This document shows positions 19,127 through 30,179 of a stretch of DNA of 64,000 bases, one piece after another. This DNA is from Bacteroidota bacterium (GTDB taxonomy: Bacteria; Bacteroidota; Ignavibacteria; Kapaibacteriales; Kapaibacteriaceae), in contig JAFDZT010000005.1 of NCBI GenBank assembly GCA_018266735.1, forward strand, positions 156,971-220,970. The letters are read 5' to 3'. Positions within the stretch are counted from its first letter, which is position 1, and the number at the start of each line of letters is the position of its first letter. Made by a program: the position numbers and the translations under genes. Below the pieces are notes generated by a model, which saw only the letters and a list, made by a program, of their open reading frames with translations, searched no databases and had not been told where the DNA came from.

Positions 19127-19198
19127 TACACCGTACGGGAATTGAACCCGTGTTACCGCCGTGAAAGGGCGGTGTCCTAACCCCTAGACGAACGGTGC
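19127..19198 (-). tRNA. tRNA-Glu (anticodon TTC), CCA not encoded.
   Basis: Reverse complement GCACCGTTCGTCTAGGGGTTAGGACACCGCCCTTTCACGGCGGTAACACGGGTTCAATTCCCGTACGGTGTA folds as a cloverleaf. Very similar to bacterial tRNA-Glu (D-arm GTCTAGxGG, anticodon loop CTTTCAC, T-arm GGGTTCAATTCCC). Confidence 0.8.
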
Positions 19199-19252
19199 GT
19201 CGATAGAAGACCGTAAATTTAAGGACTTTTTGTCCATCTCTCCAAAAGCAAC

Positions 19253-19876
19253 ATGAAGGTTATTGGCATAACGGGCGGAATCGGGTCGGGAAAATCGACC
19301 GTTGTGGGCATGCTCCGCGCCCTGGGATGGATCGTCTATTCGTCCGACGAGACGGCAAAATTGCTGATGGATACCGACCCGACCCTGCAGGCAGAGCTGC
19401 TGGAGGCCTTCGGGCCCGACGTGATCCGTGACGGACGCGTGGAGCGCGCCGTCCTGGCCGCCCGGGTCTTCGGTCCCGGTGAACAGCAAAAACACGACCT
19501 TGCCACCTTGAATCGTCTTGTACACCCCCGCGTGATCCAGCACCATCTGGACCTACTCGAACAACACGATGCGGAAGGCACCGAGCTGGTGGCCATCGAA
19601 TCCGCCCTGTTGTTCGAGGTCGGACTGGAAGATGGCTTCGATTATGTGATCCTGGTGGACGCAGACCCGGAGATCCGGATCCAGCGGGTGATGGAACGAA
19701 GCGGACTCACACGCGAACACGTCGAAGCGCGGATGCGCGAGCAGATGTCTCCCGAAGAGAAACGGGGCCTTGCCGATTTCGTGATCGAGAACAACGGCAC
19801 CCTCGAACAACTGCAACGCGCAACCGAAGCCATCGCCTCGATCGTTGCTCTCATGCCAGAACTCGACGTTTCATAG
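19253..19876 (+). CDS. coaE: Dephospho-CoA kinase.
   Basis: MKVIGITGGIGSGKST P-loop. Size and overall similarity to CoaE. Confidence 0.9.
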   Translation: MKVIGITGGIGSGKSTVVGMLRALGWIVYSSDETAKLLMDTDPTLQAELLEAFGPDVIRDGRVERAVLAARVFGPGEQQKHDLATLNRLVHPRVIQHHLDLLEQHDAEGTELVAIESALLFEVGLEDGFDYVILVDADPEIRIQRVMERSGLTREHVEARMREQMSPEEKRGLADFVIENNGTLEQLQRATEAIASIVALMPELDVS

Positions 19877-19922
19877 TTTTGTACACGCAAACACACCACA
19901 CATCACACAAGGTTGATCTCGT

Positions 19923-20246
19923 ATGGCTCACCCCATGAATCTGACAGACGAGTCGTTCTCCCCCAAGATCGAAGAAGGCGGCGTGGTCCTCGTTGACTTT
20001 TGGGCCGCATGGTGCGGTCCATGCCGTGCCATCGCTCCGATCATTGAAGAACTGGCCGGCGAATACGCAGGCAAGGCGACGATCGCAAAGGTCGACGTCG
20101 ACAACAATCCCCGCGTTGCCATGCAATTCGGCATTCGTTCCATTCCTGCACTCTTGATCTTCAAGGGCGGCAAGGTAGTGGACACGATCGTTGGCGCCGT
20201 TCCGAAGAACTACATCACCGATCGTCTCAACACACAACTGAACTGA
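19923..20246 (+). CDS. trxA: Thioredoxin.
   Basis: WCGPC active site (FWAAWCGPCRAIAPI). 107 aa. Confidence 0.9.
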   Translation: MAHPMNLTDESFSPKIEEGGVVLVDFWAAWCGPCRAIAPIIEELAGEYAGKATIAKVDVDNNPRVAMQFGIRSIPALLIFKGGKVVDTIVGAVPKNYITDRLNTQLN

Positions 20247-20254
20247 CCAACACC

Positions 20255-21885
<1,631 letters not shown>

Positions 21886-21915
21886 TCACCACACCACTTT
21901 GAATAGCACACTCGT

Positions 21916-23322
21916 ATGAGCACGAAGATCGTATTTGGAACAGACGGATGGCGCGGCGTTATCGCTCGTGATTACACCTTCGAGAATCTGCGACTTGTGG
22001 CACATGCCACGGCACGCTACGTGAAGTCGATGAAGGTGAAGAACGCCTCGGTGGTGATCGGCTACGACACGCGATTCCTCTCGAAGGAGTTCGCGCGCGA
22101 AACAGCCGTGGTGATGGCCTCGCATGGCATCATCGTCCACATCTCCGATGCCGTGTCGAGCACACCACAGGTGTCGTTCCACACAAAGCAAAAGGGCGCG
22201 GCCATTGGCGTGGTGATCACGGCAAGCCATAACCCCGCACAGTACAGCGGTTTCAAGGTGAAGGCCTCGTTCGGTGGACCTGCCATTCCGGAACAGATCG
22301 CACAGATCGAAAAGGAACTCGCAGCCCTGAAGGGCAAAGAGCCGAAGATGAACGAACTGTCGTACGATGATTGTGTGACCGCACGCACGATCCGTCCGTT
22401 CGATGCGCAAGAGTCCTTCATTCGCTATCTGCGGAAGAAGATCGATCTCGACCTGATCATCAAGAGCGGCATCAAGGTGCTGTACGATCCGATGCACGGT
22501 GCCGGGATCAACTTCATGAAGAGAATCCTTCCGGGAGTGACGGAGATCCATGGCGACTACAATCCATCGTTCGGCGAAGTGGACCATCCAGAGCCGATCG
22601 GCGAATGTCTGCAGCCGCTGATGGACATGGTGAAGAAGAAGAAGTTCAATGTTGGTCTGGCCACCGATGGTGATGCCGACCGTATTGGTGCCGTCGATCA
22701 TACGGGAACGTTCGTCGACTCGCATCGCATCTTCGTGCTGCTGATGAAGTACCTGTACGAGGATAAGAAGCGACGCGGCGCGATCGTGAAGACCGTGTCA
22801 CTCACGAGCATGGTGAACGACTACGCAGAGCGCAAGGGCATCAAGCTGATCGAAACACCGGTTGGCTTCAAGTACGTTGCCAAGCTGATGGCCGAGGAGA
22901 AGGTGCTGATCGGTGGCGAAGAGAGTGGCGGTCTTGGGACATCGTTGCACATTCCCGAACGCGATGGCGTGTTCAATGGATTGCTCTTGCTCGAGATGAT
23001 GGCCAAGCGCAAGAAGTCACTGAAGCAACTGTGCGACGAACTCGACGAAGAGTTCGGCGTGCATCGCTACCGTCGTCGTGACGTGTATGTGACCGAAGCA
23101 CAGAAGAAGGCCATCCTCGCTGCCTGCGCCAAGAAGCCGCTGAAGATCGGACGTCACCATGTGCTGAAGGTGGACACGCGCGACGGATTCAAGTTCTTCG
23201 TCGAGAATGGCTGGCTGCTCATCCGCGCGTCGGGTACCGAGCCACTCATTCGCTTCTACGCAGAAGCAGAATCGATGGGCAAGGTGAATGAACTCATCGA
23301 CGAAGCGATCAAGCTGAAGTAA
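21916..23322 (+). CDS. Phosphoglucomutase/phosphomannomutase family protein.
   Basis: GTDGWRG N-terminal motif. Active-site TASHNP. Mg-binding DGDADR. Confidence 0.85.
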   Translation: MSTKIVFGTDGWRGVIARDYTFENLRLVAHATARYVKSMKVKNASVVIGYDTRFLSKEFARETAVVMASHGIIVHISDAVSSTPQVSFHTKQKGAAIGVVITASHNPAQYSGFKVKASFGGPAIPEQIAQIEKELAALKGKEPKMNELSYDDCVTARTIRPFDAQESFIRYLRKKIDLDLIIKSGIKVLYDPMHGAGINFMKRILPGVTEIHGDYNPSFGEVDHPEPIGECLQPLMDMVKKKKFNVGLATDGDADRIGAVDHTGTFVDSHRIFVLLMKYLYEDKKRRGAIVKTVSLTSMVNDYAERKGIKLIETPVGFKYVAKLMAEEKVLIGGEESGGLGTSLHIPERDGVFNGLLLLEMMAKRKKSLKQLCDELDEEFGVHRYRRRDVYVTEAQKKAILAACAKKPLKIGRHHVLKVDTRDGFKFFVENGWLLIRASGTEPLIRFYAEAESMGKVNELIDEAIKLK

Positions 23323-23848
23323 GCTCCGCAAGCGTTGGTGCGAGCCGATCTTTGTCGCTCAGCAACGGAGCGTCGGTCTTCCACCGAATGTGCAAGGCCG
23401 GATCCAGCGGATCCACCGAACGCTCACCTGACGGGTTGTAGATGGCCGTGCACTTGTAATGCACATCTGCCTCGTCCGACACAACACAGAACCCATTCGC
23501 AAAGCCCGGCGGTATCCATACCAGCCGGGCATTTTCGTCTGTGACATCGAGCGTGACGTGCTCGCCATATGTGGCAGAGCCGGTGCGAACGTCGAGCTCG
23601 ACCAATTGAATGGCACCACGGACCACACGTAATAACTTGCCCATGGGCGGGTCGACCTGGAAATGCAGTCCTCGGATCACATTGCGCACACTACGCGAAT
23701 GATTGTCCTGCACGAAGTCGGTGGGCAGACCCATGGCGATGAACTGATCGGCCCGATACGATTCCATGAAGTATCCGCGATGGTCCCGATACCGATCCGG
23801 CACGAGCACGACGATGTCGTTCAACAGTGTTTGTTCAATACGAAACAT
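23309..23848 (-). CDS. rfbC: dTDP-4-dehydrorhamnose 3,5-epimerase.
   Basis: RmlC cupin signatures (…RGLHFQ… WIPPGFANGF…). 179 aa. Confidence 0.9.
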   Translation of the reverse strand: MFRIEQTLLNDIVVLVPDRYRDHRGYFMESYRADQFIAMGLPTDFVQDNHSRSVRNVIRGLHFQVDPPMGKLLRVVRGAIQLVELDVRTGSATYGEHVTLDVTDENARLVWIPPGFANGFCVVSDEADVHYKCTAIYNPSGERSVDPLDPALHIRWKTDAPLLSDKDRLAPTLAELTSA

Positions 23849-23854
23849 GCGGTG

Positions 23855-24880
23855 TTACCTCGGCGTGCGTAAATGTTCAGGGCGAAGAACATAGTTCTTC
23901 CGAAAAGCATCAAAAGCGTGAGCAACATTGCCGTGTGCGATCGTTCGCTTGAACGCGTCACTCTCTTCTGCCACCGGACGGATCTCGTCGGCATACGTCG
24001 ACGCCTCATCCTTCATGGTCATGGCGCGCTCGAATGCCTCACCATCGATCTCCTTCCACCGTAACCATGCCCTTCCGGCCACACGTGCCCCTTCGAGCTT
24101 CGCATGCAGCGAGTACCCTGCGATGTGCGGCGTTGCGATCATGGCGCGCAGTGCCAACTCCCGATCGACGTCGGGTTCGTTCTTCCATACATCGAGCGCA
24201 ACAGCAAAGCGCTCGCCCGCACCCTGCGTGTGCAAGGCCGCCTCGTCGATCACATCGCCACGTGATGCATTGATCAGCAGGCCATCGGTTGGGAAGGTGG
24301 CAAGGAGCGAGGCATTGAGCAGGTGATGTGTGGCGTGCGGACCAACAAAGGTGAGCGGTACATGCAAGGAGAGAACGTTACTGTTGGCCACCACGGTGTC
24401 GAGCGATGCGACCGTGACGTAGGGCGGGAACTCATGTCCGGCATTCTGCTTCGGAGGATCGCTCACAAGGATCGTCATGCCCATGCTGTGCGCATGTGCG
24501 GCCAAGGCCGTGCCAACATGACCAAGACCAACGATGCCGAGCGTTGCACCATGAAGTGCGTCCGACCATGTGCGCATCACTGCCACACAGTACTCGGCCA
24601 CTGCATTGGCATTCGATCCGGGTGCGTTGGTGTAGTACACGCCATGCTCTTGCAAGGCGGGAAGGTCCATGTGATCCGTACCGGCTGTAGCGCTGGCAAC
24701 GAAGCGGACCATCGTGTCGTGCAACAGCGCACGGTCCACCGTTGTGGTGCTTCGCACGATGAGCGCATCCACGCGGTCGCGCACCAGATCTTTCCGACGG
24801 AGTGTTCGGCCGGTGAAGGTGCGGACGTTGTCGTACTCTGCGAGGACGTCCAATGGGATCTGCTCGTCGATGTAGAGCAT
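23855..24880 (-). CDS. D-isomer-specific 2-hydroxyacid dehydrogenase (erythronate-4-phosphate dehydrogenase PdxB-like).
   Basis: NAD-binding GIVGLGHVG. Catalytic R/E/H arrangement of the D-2-hydroxyacid dehydrogenase family. Internal start MLYIDEQ chosen. Confidence 0.7.
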   Translation of the reverse strand: MLYIDEQIPLDVLAEYDNVRTFTGRTLRRKDLVRDRVDALIVRSTTTVDRALLHDTMVRFVASATAGTDHMDLPALQEHGVYYTNAPGSNANAVAEYCVAVMRTWSDALHGATLGIVGLGHVGTALAAHAHSMGMTILVSDPPKQNAGHEFPPYVTVASLDTVVANSNVLSLHVPLTFVGPHATHHLLNASLLATFPTDGLLINASRGDVIDEAALHTQGAGERFAVALDVWKNEPDVDRELALRAMIATPHIAGYSLHAKLEGARVAGRAWLRWKEIDGEAFERAMTMKDEASTYADEIRPVAEESDAFKRTIAHGNVAHAFDAFRKNYVLRPEHLRTPR

Positions 24881-24882
24881 AC

Positions 24883-26895
24883 CTACTGCTTGATGAATGG
24901 AAGTGAAACGTGGTTGCCATGCATGGTGGTGTGAACCACGTACATACCTGATGCGAGTGCGCTGACGTCGACGGACGATGTTGATGATGTCAATGCCACG
25001 GACGCTACCACACAACCCATGACCGTGCGGATCTCGAACGATCCTGGTACAACCGACGGGAAGTGGATGGTGAGAGTCTCGTGCACGGGATTCGGTGCGA
25101 GTTGCAGCAATGGCTTCTCTGCGACGTCGGTACTGGACACGCTTGTTGTCGTCGACGTGATGCGAACCACAACGCGCGGCTGCTTGTAGCCGGAGGAAGT
25201 GACGGTGACCGTTGCCGTGAGCATGGGTACATCGATGGGAGTGGTCTTCACTTCAACCGTGCGTTGCTCTTGTGGGGCAATGGTACTGTCGCCTTCGAAC
25301 GATGCCGACACGAACTGCTTTCCGGCACCGGAGATCGTGAATCCATTCATGTGCACCGGCACGGTGCCGACGTTGGTGATCGTGAACGATGCTTCGTCCT
25401 CTTCCATTTCACTACCATCGAGATCGATGGTATCGGCAGATGCCTTCAAGACGCCGGCAATGGTGGATCCCACCACAGGAAACTCGTGGATCGTCTCGGT
25501 TCCGGAGCGCATCATGTGCAACACGATGGCGTCGCGGATGGGACCGTCGGTGGTTGGTGCGAACGTGCAGCGAACGGGATAGGTGCGACCGGGATCGATG
25601 GAGAACGGACCGAAGACATGCGACGCATAGAACTGACCCTGCGCACCGTACATGTAGACGTTCGTGATGAGCAATGGAGCTGAACCAACGTTGGTCACGT
25701 TCACGAAGAACGAGGCCGTATCGCCAACCAAACAGTATGCACGCGTCGTGTCCGGGACAACAGCTAGGATCGGAACAGCCGTATCGGCAATGGGCACGAG
25801 CTCGAGGATCTTGTCGTCGTCCTCGCGCGGGAACGGTGCCTTGGCAACACCATCACGATTGCTCGTGCAGATGAAGATCCGCCCATCGGGACTCACGCAG
25901 GCGTCGCGAAGTCGACCGAAGCGATAGGGGAACCAATCGTGCACCGATGCAACATGCGTGAGTGTGGAGTCGAGTTCGATCTGAACGATCTTGGACGACT
26001 TCAAACACGTCTCCAGCAATGAGTGCTTGAGTGCAGGGAACCGATCGTGATCGTACCATGTGAGTCCGGCCGTTGCAAACGTGGACGGACCTGATGACCA
26101 CAACGGCTCGCGCACATTGTTCTCTGCACAGAAGATCTTCTCGAAGTCAAGATCACAGGGCCCTTCCACCTTGGGCCATCCATAGTTCCTTCCCGCCTCC
26201 AGGATGTTCACTTCGTCGTCGATATCGTTTCCGTGCTCGGATTCCACAAGCACACCGTTCGGCAGCATGCACAGACCTTGCGGATTGCGATGGCCCTTTG
26301 TGTAGAGCGGGTTGCCGGGGATGGGATTGTCGGAGGGGATCGAACCATCGATGTTCAAGCGCAACACCTTGCCTTGCAACGATGCATCGTTCTGCACGGT
26401 CGATGCATCGAAAGAATCGCCTTGCGTGATGAACAAGTGCCGGCTGCTATCGATGAGCAATCGACATCCTTGGTGGAAGACGGCGGCCGGTTCGAAGAGA
26501 AAGATCTCGACAGGGTCCGACAGTGTGTCGTTGTGATACGTGTAGCGCTGGACCGTCTTATAGAAGTCGCCATTGCGCCAACTCACGTAGGCGATGAAGA
26601 CGTGCGGACTGTCTGCGAAGTTCGGATGCAAGACCATTCCAAGCAGACCACCTTCGAGTTGTTCGGAAACGACCGTGCGCAGGTCGAGCAACTGTCGCTT
26701 TGCACCGGTCTCAGGATCGACCGTGCTAACAAGGCCAACGCGTTCGGTCATCCAGATCTTGTTGTCGGGACCCCACAAGATCTCCCACGGCACACGAAGG
26801 CCGGAGATGACCGTTCGGGTCGTGAGATCTTGCTGAGCACTCGCATGCGTCGAACACAATACGATACAACTACATACAAAAAGGAGAAACTTCAT
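24883..26895 (-). CDS. PQQ-dependent soluble sugar (glucose/sorbosone) dehydrogenase-like beta-propeller with a T9SS C-terminal sorting domain.
   Basis: Signal peptide. GSDH-family N-terminal propeller (…GPDNKIWMTERVG… KGHRNPQGL…). The C-terminal ~90 aa match the T9SS CTD (…SGMYVVHTTMHGNHVSLPFIKQ). Confidence 0.7.
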   Translation of the reverse strand: MKFLLFVCSCIVLCSTHASAQQDLTTRTVISGLRVPWEILWGPDNKIWMTERVGLVSTVDPETGAKRQLLDLRTVVSEQLEGGLLGMVLHPNFADSPHVFIAYVSWRNGDFYKTVQRYTYHNDTLSDPVEIFLFEPAAVFHQGCRLLIDSSRHLFITQGDSFDASTVQNDASLQGKVLRLNIDGSIPSDNPIPGNPLYTKGHRNPQGLCMLPNGVLVESEHGNDIDDEVNILEAGRNYGWPKVEGPCDLDFEKIFCAENNVREPLWSSGPSTFATAGLTWYDHDRFPALKHSLLETCLKSSKIVQIELDSTLTHVASVHDWFPYRFGRLRDACVSPDGRIFICTSNRDGVAKAPFPREDDDKILELVPIADTAVPILAVVPDTTRAYCLVGDTASFFVNVTNVGSAPLLITNVYMYGAQGQFYASHVFGPFSIDPGRTYPVRCTFAPTTDGPIRDAIVLHMMRSGTETIHEFPVVGSTIAGVLKASADTIDLDGSEMEEDEASFTITNVGTVPVHMNGFTISGAGKQFVSASFEGDSTIAPQEQRTVEVKTTPIDVPMLTATVTVTSSGYKQPRVVVRITSTTTSVSSTDVAEKPLLQLAPNPVHETLTIHFPSVVPGSFEIRTVMGCVVASVALTSSTSSVDVSALASGMYVVHTTMHGNHVSLPFIKQ

Positions 26896-26901
26896 GTCCG
26901 T

Positions 26902-28518
26902 TCATTCTTGCTTGAGGAGAATAGCTACACCATCAACGGTCCACCGCGCGCGAACGCGCAACGGCGTGGTGACCGTCCACACATACTCGGATGGGAGATA
27001 CGGAAGGAGCCGACCGTGATCATAGCGTCCGTTCTTGTTCGCATCCAGGACAACGTCCATCGTATACGTTCCTTCGGGAACGTTCTCGATGGTCCACTCC
27101 CCGCCACCTTGCAAGACCTTCGTGGCCACGATGCTGTCTTTGCCGAGAAGGATGCGAAGGAGGTAGGGGCCTCCGGTATTGAGCGAGTCGGTGAGGGTAC
27201 CGGCGACGGTTCCCGGATCGGAGCGTTCGCTGGTAAGGAAGCGGCGGACGAGAACGGTGTCACGCATCGACGATCCGAGCACAGATCGAAGTCCGCGTAG
27301 TGGAACAGAGAGCGAATCCCATGTTCCCGACTTCGCCGTGGACCGATGTTGATAGCGATAGATGGACGGTGTGATCCAGTCTGCAGATGACTGATCGACG
27401 GCATCGGAGAATCGAATATCGAAGGTGACCGGCGACGAGATCTTGCGTGCACTATCGGCCATGGAGGTGGACACGATGCGCAACCGCGTGGTATCGGCTG
27501 CGGTGGATGCGATGCATCGGATCGGTTTGCCGGTATCAGCGAGCATGTTCCCTGCGGAATCGCGTACGGTGGCGGAATCGCCGCGAACGAGGTAGGTGCC
27601 GGGTGTGAGCTCAGTGGTCGTATGCAAGACAACACGATCTCTTCCTTCGGGTGAGATCGACACGCTGCGAAGCGGCACGATGGCGCCGCTCACACTGTCG
27701 CGTACCATGAACGATGTGAGCGTAAAGGCGGACGAGTCGACGTTCTCGCTCATCGTGGCAATGATCGTGCGTGTGGAGGTGCTCCGTGCACGCGACAGAT
27801 AGGGACGGAAGACGTCGCGTGCCGGGCCAACATGCAGATGGACGGGATGGGCTGTACCATTGACGATGCGCGTATCCGACGTGGGCATGCCGAAGTCTTC
27901 GTTGGGGTCTAGCAGTGCGTTCCTGTTCACGTCCACCACGGCCATCACACGATAGAGTCCGTCATGCAATCCATTGATGGTGAACGTTCCCGAAGTACCC
28001 ACCGGCATTCGATTGCGCGGTGATGTATGCGATGGCAACAGTGTATCGGCATTCATCCCGTCGAGCGAATAGCAGAAGATGATCAGGTTCTCAGTGGTTG
28101 CAGAACGCACCGTGCCGGAGATGGTGCCGGTATCGATCTGTGCACCGGTGGAGAAGACCACCGTAGCGCTTTGTTCGGGACGATTGTTGTGCGTGTCCGT
28201 ATAGTTCGTGCCGATGGTGACGCTATACGTGGTGTTCGAGTCGAGCTCGCGTTGGAAGTCAACGGAGATCTCATTCCCCGCATACGAAACGCGATATGGC
28301 ACCTCGGGCTGGACGATCACCACGCTGCGAACGCCGGGATCGACATACTTGTTGAACAGCACCGTCACCGACGTGGGATGTACGTTCGTCGATCCGTTCG
28401 CCGGAAGGAATGTTCGTACGGCTGGCGGCACTTTGTCGCCCGCGCCACCGGAAGGGGCCACCTTCACGGCGCAGGAGCTGAGAAGGATGGCCAAGAGCAG
28501 ATAGATCGAACGTTGCAT
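26902..28518 (-). CDS. Lipoprotein with bacterial Ig-like (SbsA-type) domains.
   Basis: Start MQRSIYLLLAILLSSC lipobox. Ig-like, beta-rich, Thr/Ser/Val-rich repeats. The ORF extension to 28620 is rejected. Confidence 0.5.
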   Translation of the reverse strand: MQRSIYLLLAILLSSCAVKVAPSGGAGDKVPPAVRTFLPANGSTNVHPTSVTVLFNKYVDPGVRSVVIVQPEVPYRVSYAGNEISVDFQRELDSNTTYSVTIGTNYTDTHNNRPEQSATVVFSTGAQIDTGTISGTVRSATTENLIIFCYSLDGMNADTLLPSHTSPRNRMPVGTSGTFTINGLHDGLYRVMAVVDVNRNALLDPNEDFGMPTSDTRIVNGTAHPVHLHVGPARDVFRPYLSRARSTSTRTIIATMSENVDSSAFTLTSFMVRDSVSGAIVPLRSVSISPEGRDRVVLHTTTELTPGTYLVRGDSATVRDSAGNMLADTGKPIRCIASTAADTTRLRIVSTSMADSARKISSPVTFDIRFSDAVDQSSADWITPSIYRYQHRSTAKSGTWDSLSVPLRGLRSVLGSSMRDTVLVRRFLTSERSDPGTVAGTLTDSLNTGGPYLLRILLGKDSIVATKVLQGGGEWTIENVPEGTYTMDVVLDANKNGRYDHGRLLPYLPSEYVWTVTTPLRVRARWTVDGVAILLKQE

Positions 28519-28558
28519 TGTACAAATGTACGATTCAGGATGCACCCTATCTTTGCAT

Positions 28559-29431
28559 ATGCAGGTTCCCCCTTGGATCAAGACGACGTGGACGATCGTG
28601 AACGACTTCGTGGACATCACGGATCGTCGGCATATCTATCTCCTTGCGAGCGGTATCGCCTTCAACCAGTTGCTGTGTCTGATCCCCTTCGTGCTGATGA
28701 CGATCTCGATCATTTCCACGTTCCTGGACCCAAGCGATGTGAAGCAGACGGTTGCCGTCACACTTTCGCAGGTGCTCCCCACGGGCATCAGTGCAACATC
28801 CATCATCACCGACGTGATCATGGAGCTCAGCAATGTGTTCAATTACAGCACGGTGGCTGGGTGGATCGCCGGTTTCATCCTTGTGTGGACGGCTTCGGCG
28901 CTCTTTAGCTCGATGCGGAGCGGACTGAATGCCATCTTCCATATTCCGACACCGAAGATCTTCCTGTGGTATCGGCTCAAGGACATAGGGCTGACGATGT
29001 TGCTTGTGACCTTGCTCAGTGCGAGCATCATCTTGAGTCCGCTGATGTCGTTCTTTCAGACAGCCGGCCAAGACATCATACCGCTCGACTGGCAGCCGTG
29101 GGTGTTCGGTTGGACATTGCGTGTGACCACCATTGTGGTGACGGCACTTACGTTCCTTGCCATCTATCGTATCGTACCGAACCGACGGGTGCCGTGGCCC
29201 ATTGTGCTCATGAGCACAGGGATCGCCGTGATCTTCTGGGAATCAGCACGCCTGCTCTTCGCATGGTACGTTCTGCACTCGCAGAATCTGGGTCGATTCT
29301 ATGGCGGCTATGTGGTCCTCGCCAGCTTGGCGCTCTGGCTCTACTACTCGGCGCTTGTTTTCTTGTTGGCCGCAGAGATCGCCCAGTTCATCCATGCACG
29401 ACTGAAGACCCACGCCAATCCGCCGGTGTGA
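28559..29431 (+). CDS. YihY/BrkB-family inner membrane protein.
   Basis: Six TM helices. Family-typical …LLASGIAFNQLLCLIPF… region. Confidence 0.7.
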   Translation: MQVPPWIKTTWTIVNDFVDITDRRHIYLLASGIAFNQLLCLIPFVLMTISIISTFLDPSDVKQTVAVTLSQVLPTGISATSIITDVIMELSNVFNYSTVAGWIAGFILVWTASALFSSMRSGLNAIFHIPTPKIFLWYRLKDIGLTMLLVTLLSASIILSPLMSFFQTAGQDIIPLDWQPWVFGWTLRVTTIVVTALTFLAIYRIVPNRRVPWPIVLMSTGIAVIFWESARLLFAWYVLHSQNLGRFYGGYVVLASLALWLYYSALVFLLAAEIAQFIHARLKTHANPPV

Positions 29432-29435
29432 CGTG

Positions 29436-30170
29436 TTAGAACTTGAGCAGCGACCGCCACTTCAGGTAGAGTTCCCACGTGGCGCGAACATCGCGCAAAC
29501 AGTACTCCGAGATCGCCGTCATGTCACCCGCCTCGAACAGTGCCTGCACCTTTGACCCATCAACACCACCGGCCTTTGGAGAGACAACGCCAAAGGCCTT
29601 GGCGAACATGTCGAAGTTGAAACGGCGCGTTGCGCCACTGGCAGAGCCACTGTAGTAGGTGAGCTCGTCGAGCAGGTCGGTATGACCTTGATAGTTGAAC
29701 TTCGTGCCCGTCATGAGGTTGCGGGACGGACGGATGCCCAACACAGCAGAACGCAACATCAGCCACGGTGCATCGAAGCCACGTCCGTTGAAGGAGACCA
29801 AGTGCGGTCTGCGTGATTCGATCAGACGCCAGAAATTCACGAGCATCCACTTCTCACTGGCCATGTAGAGTGTGGCCCCGCTGGGGAGTTCGGATCGCGT
29901 TGATGATGTGTCGTCATCACGATCCACATCAAGCGAGTACGCCACATCGCCATCAAGCGTCCATCCCTCCTCGCCGCCTCGCATCACTCTCATGCCGATG
30001 CAGACGATGCGACCCGTGATGGGAGAGAGCGCGAACTCCGAGATCTTCTTCTCACGTTCCGCATCGTTCGCAGTGTTGCGCAGGAGGTATTCCTGTTGAG
30101 CGTCGTCAAACGTGTCGAGCGGTAGGCCTACCGTCTCGAGATCGAACGTCAGAAAAAGTTCGTCGCTCAT
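29436..30170 (-). CDS. Predicted 3'-5' exonuclease (RNase H-like fold, PolB-exonuclease-related, COG3298-like).
   Basis: Exo I-like FDLET at the N-terminus. C-terminal YCLRDVRATWELY resembles Exo III of family-B polymerase exonuclease domains. Confidence 0.55.
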   Translation of the reverse strand: MSDELFLTFDLETVGLPLDTFDDAQQEYLLRNTANDAEREKKISEFALSPITGRIVCIGMRVMRGGEEGWTLDGDVAYSLDVDRDDDTSSTRSELPSGATLYMASEKWMLVNFWRLIESRRPHLVSFNGRGFDAPWLMLRSAVLGIRPSRNLMTGTKFNYQGHTDLLDELTYYSGSASGATRRFNFDMFAKAFGVVSPKAGGVDGSKVQALFEAGDMTAISEYCLRDVRATWELYLKWRSLLKF

Positions 30171-30179
30171 ACAATGCTC

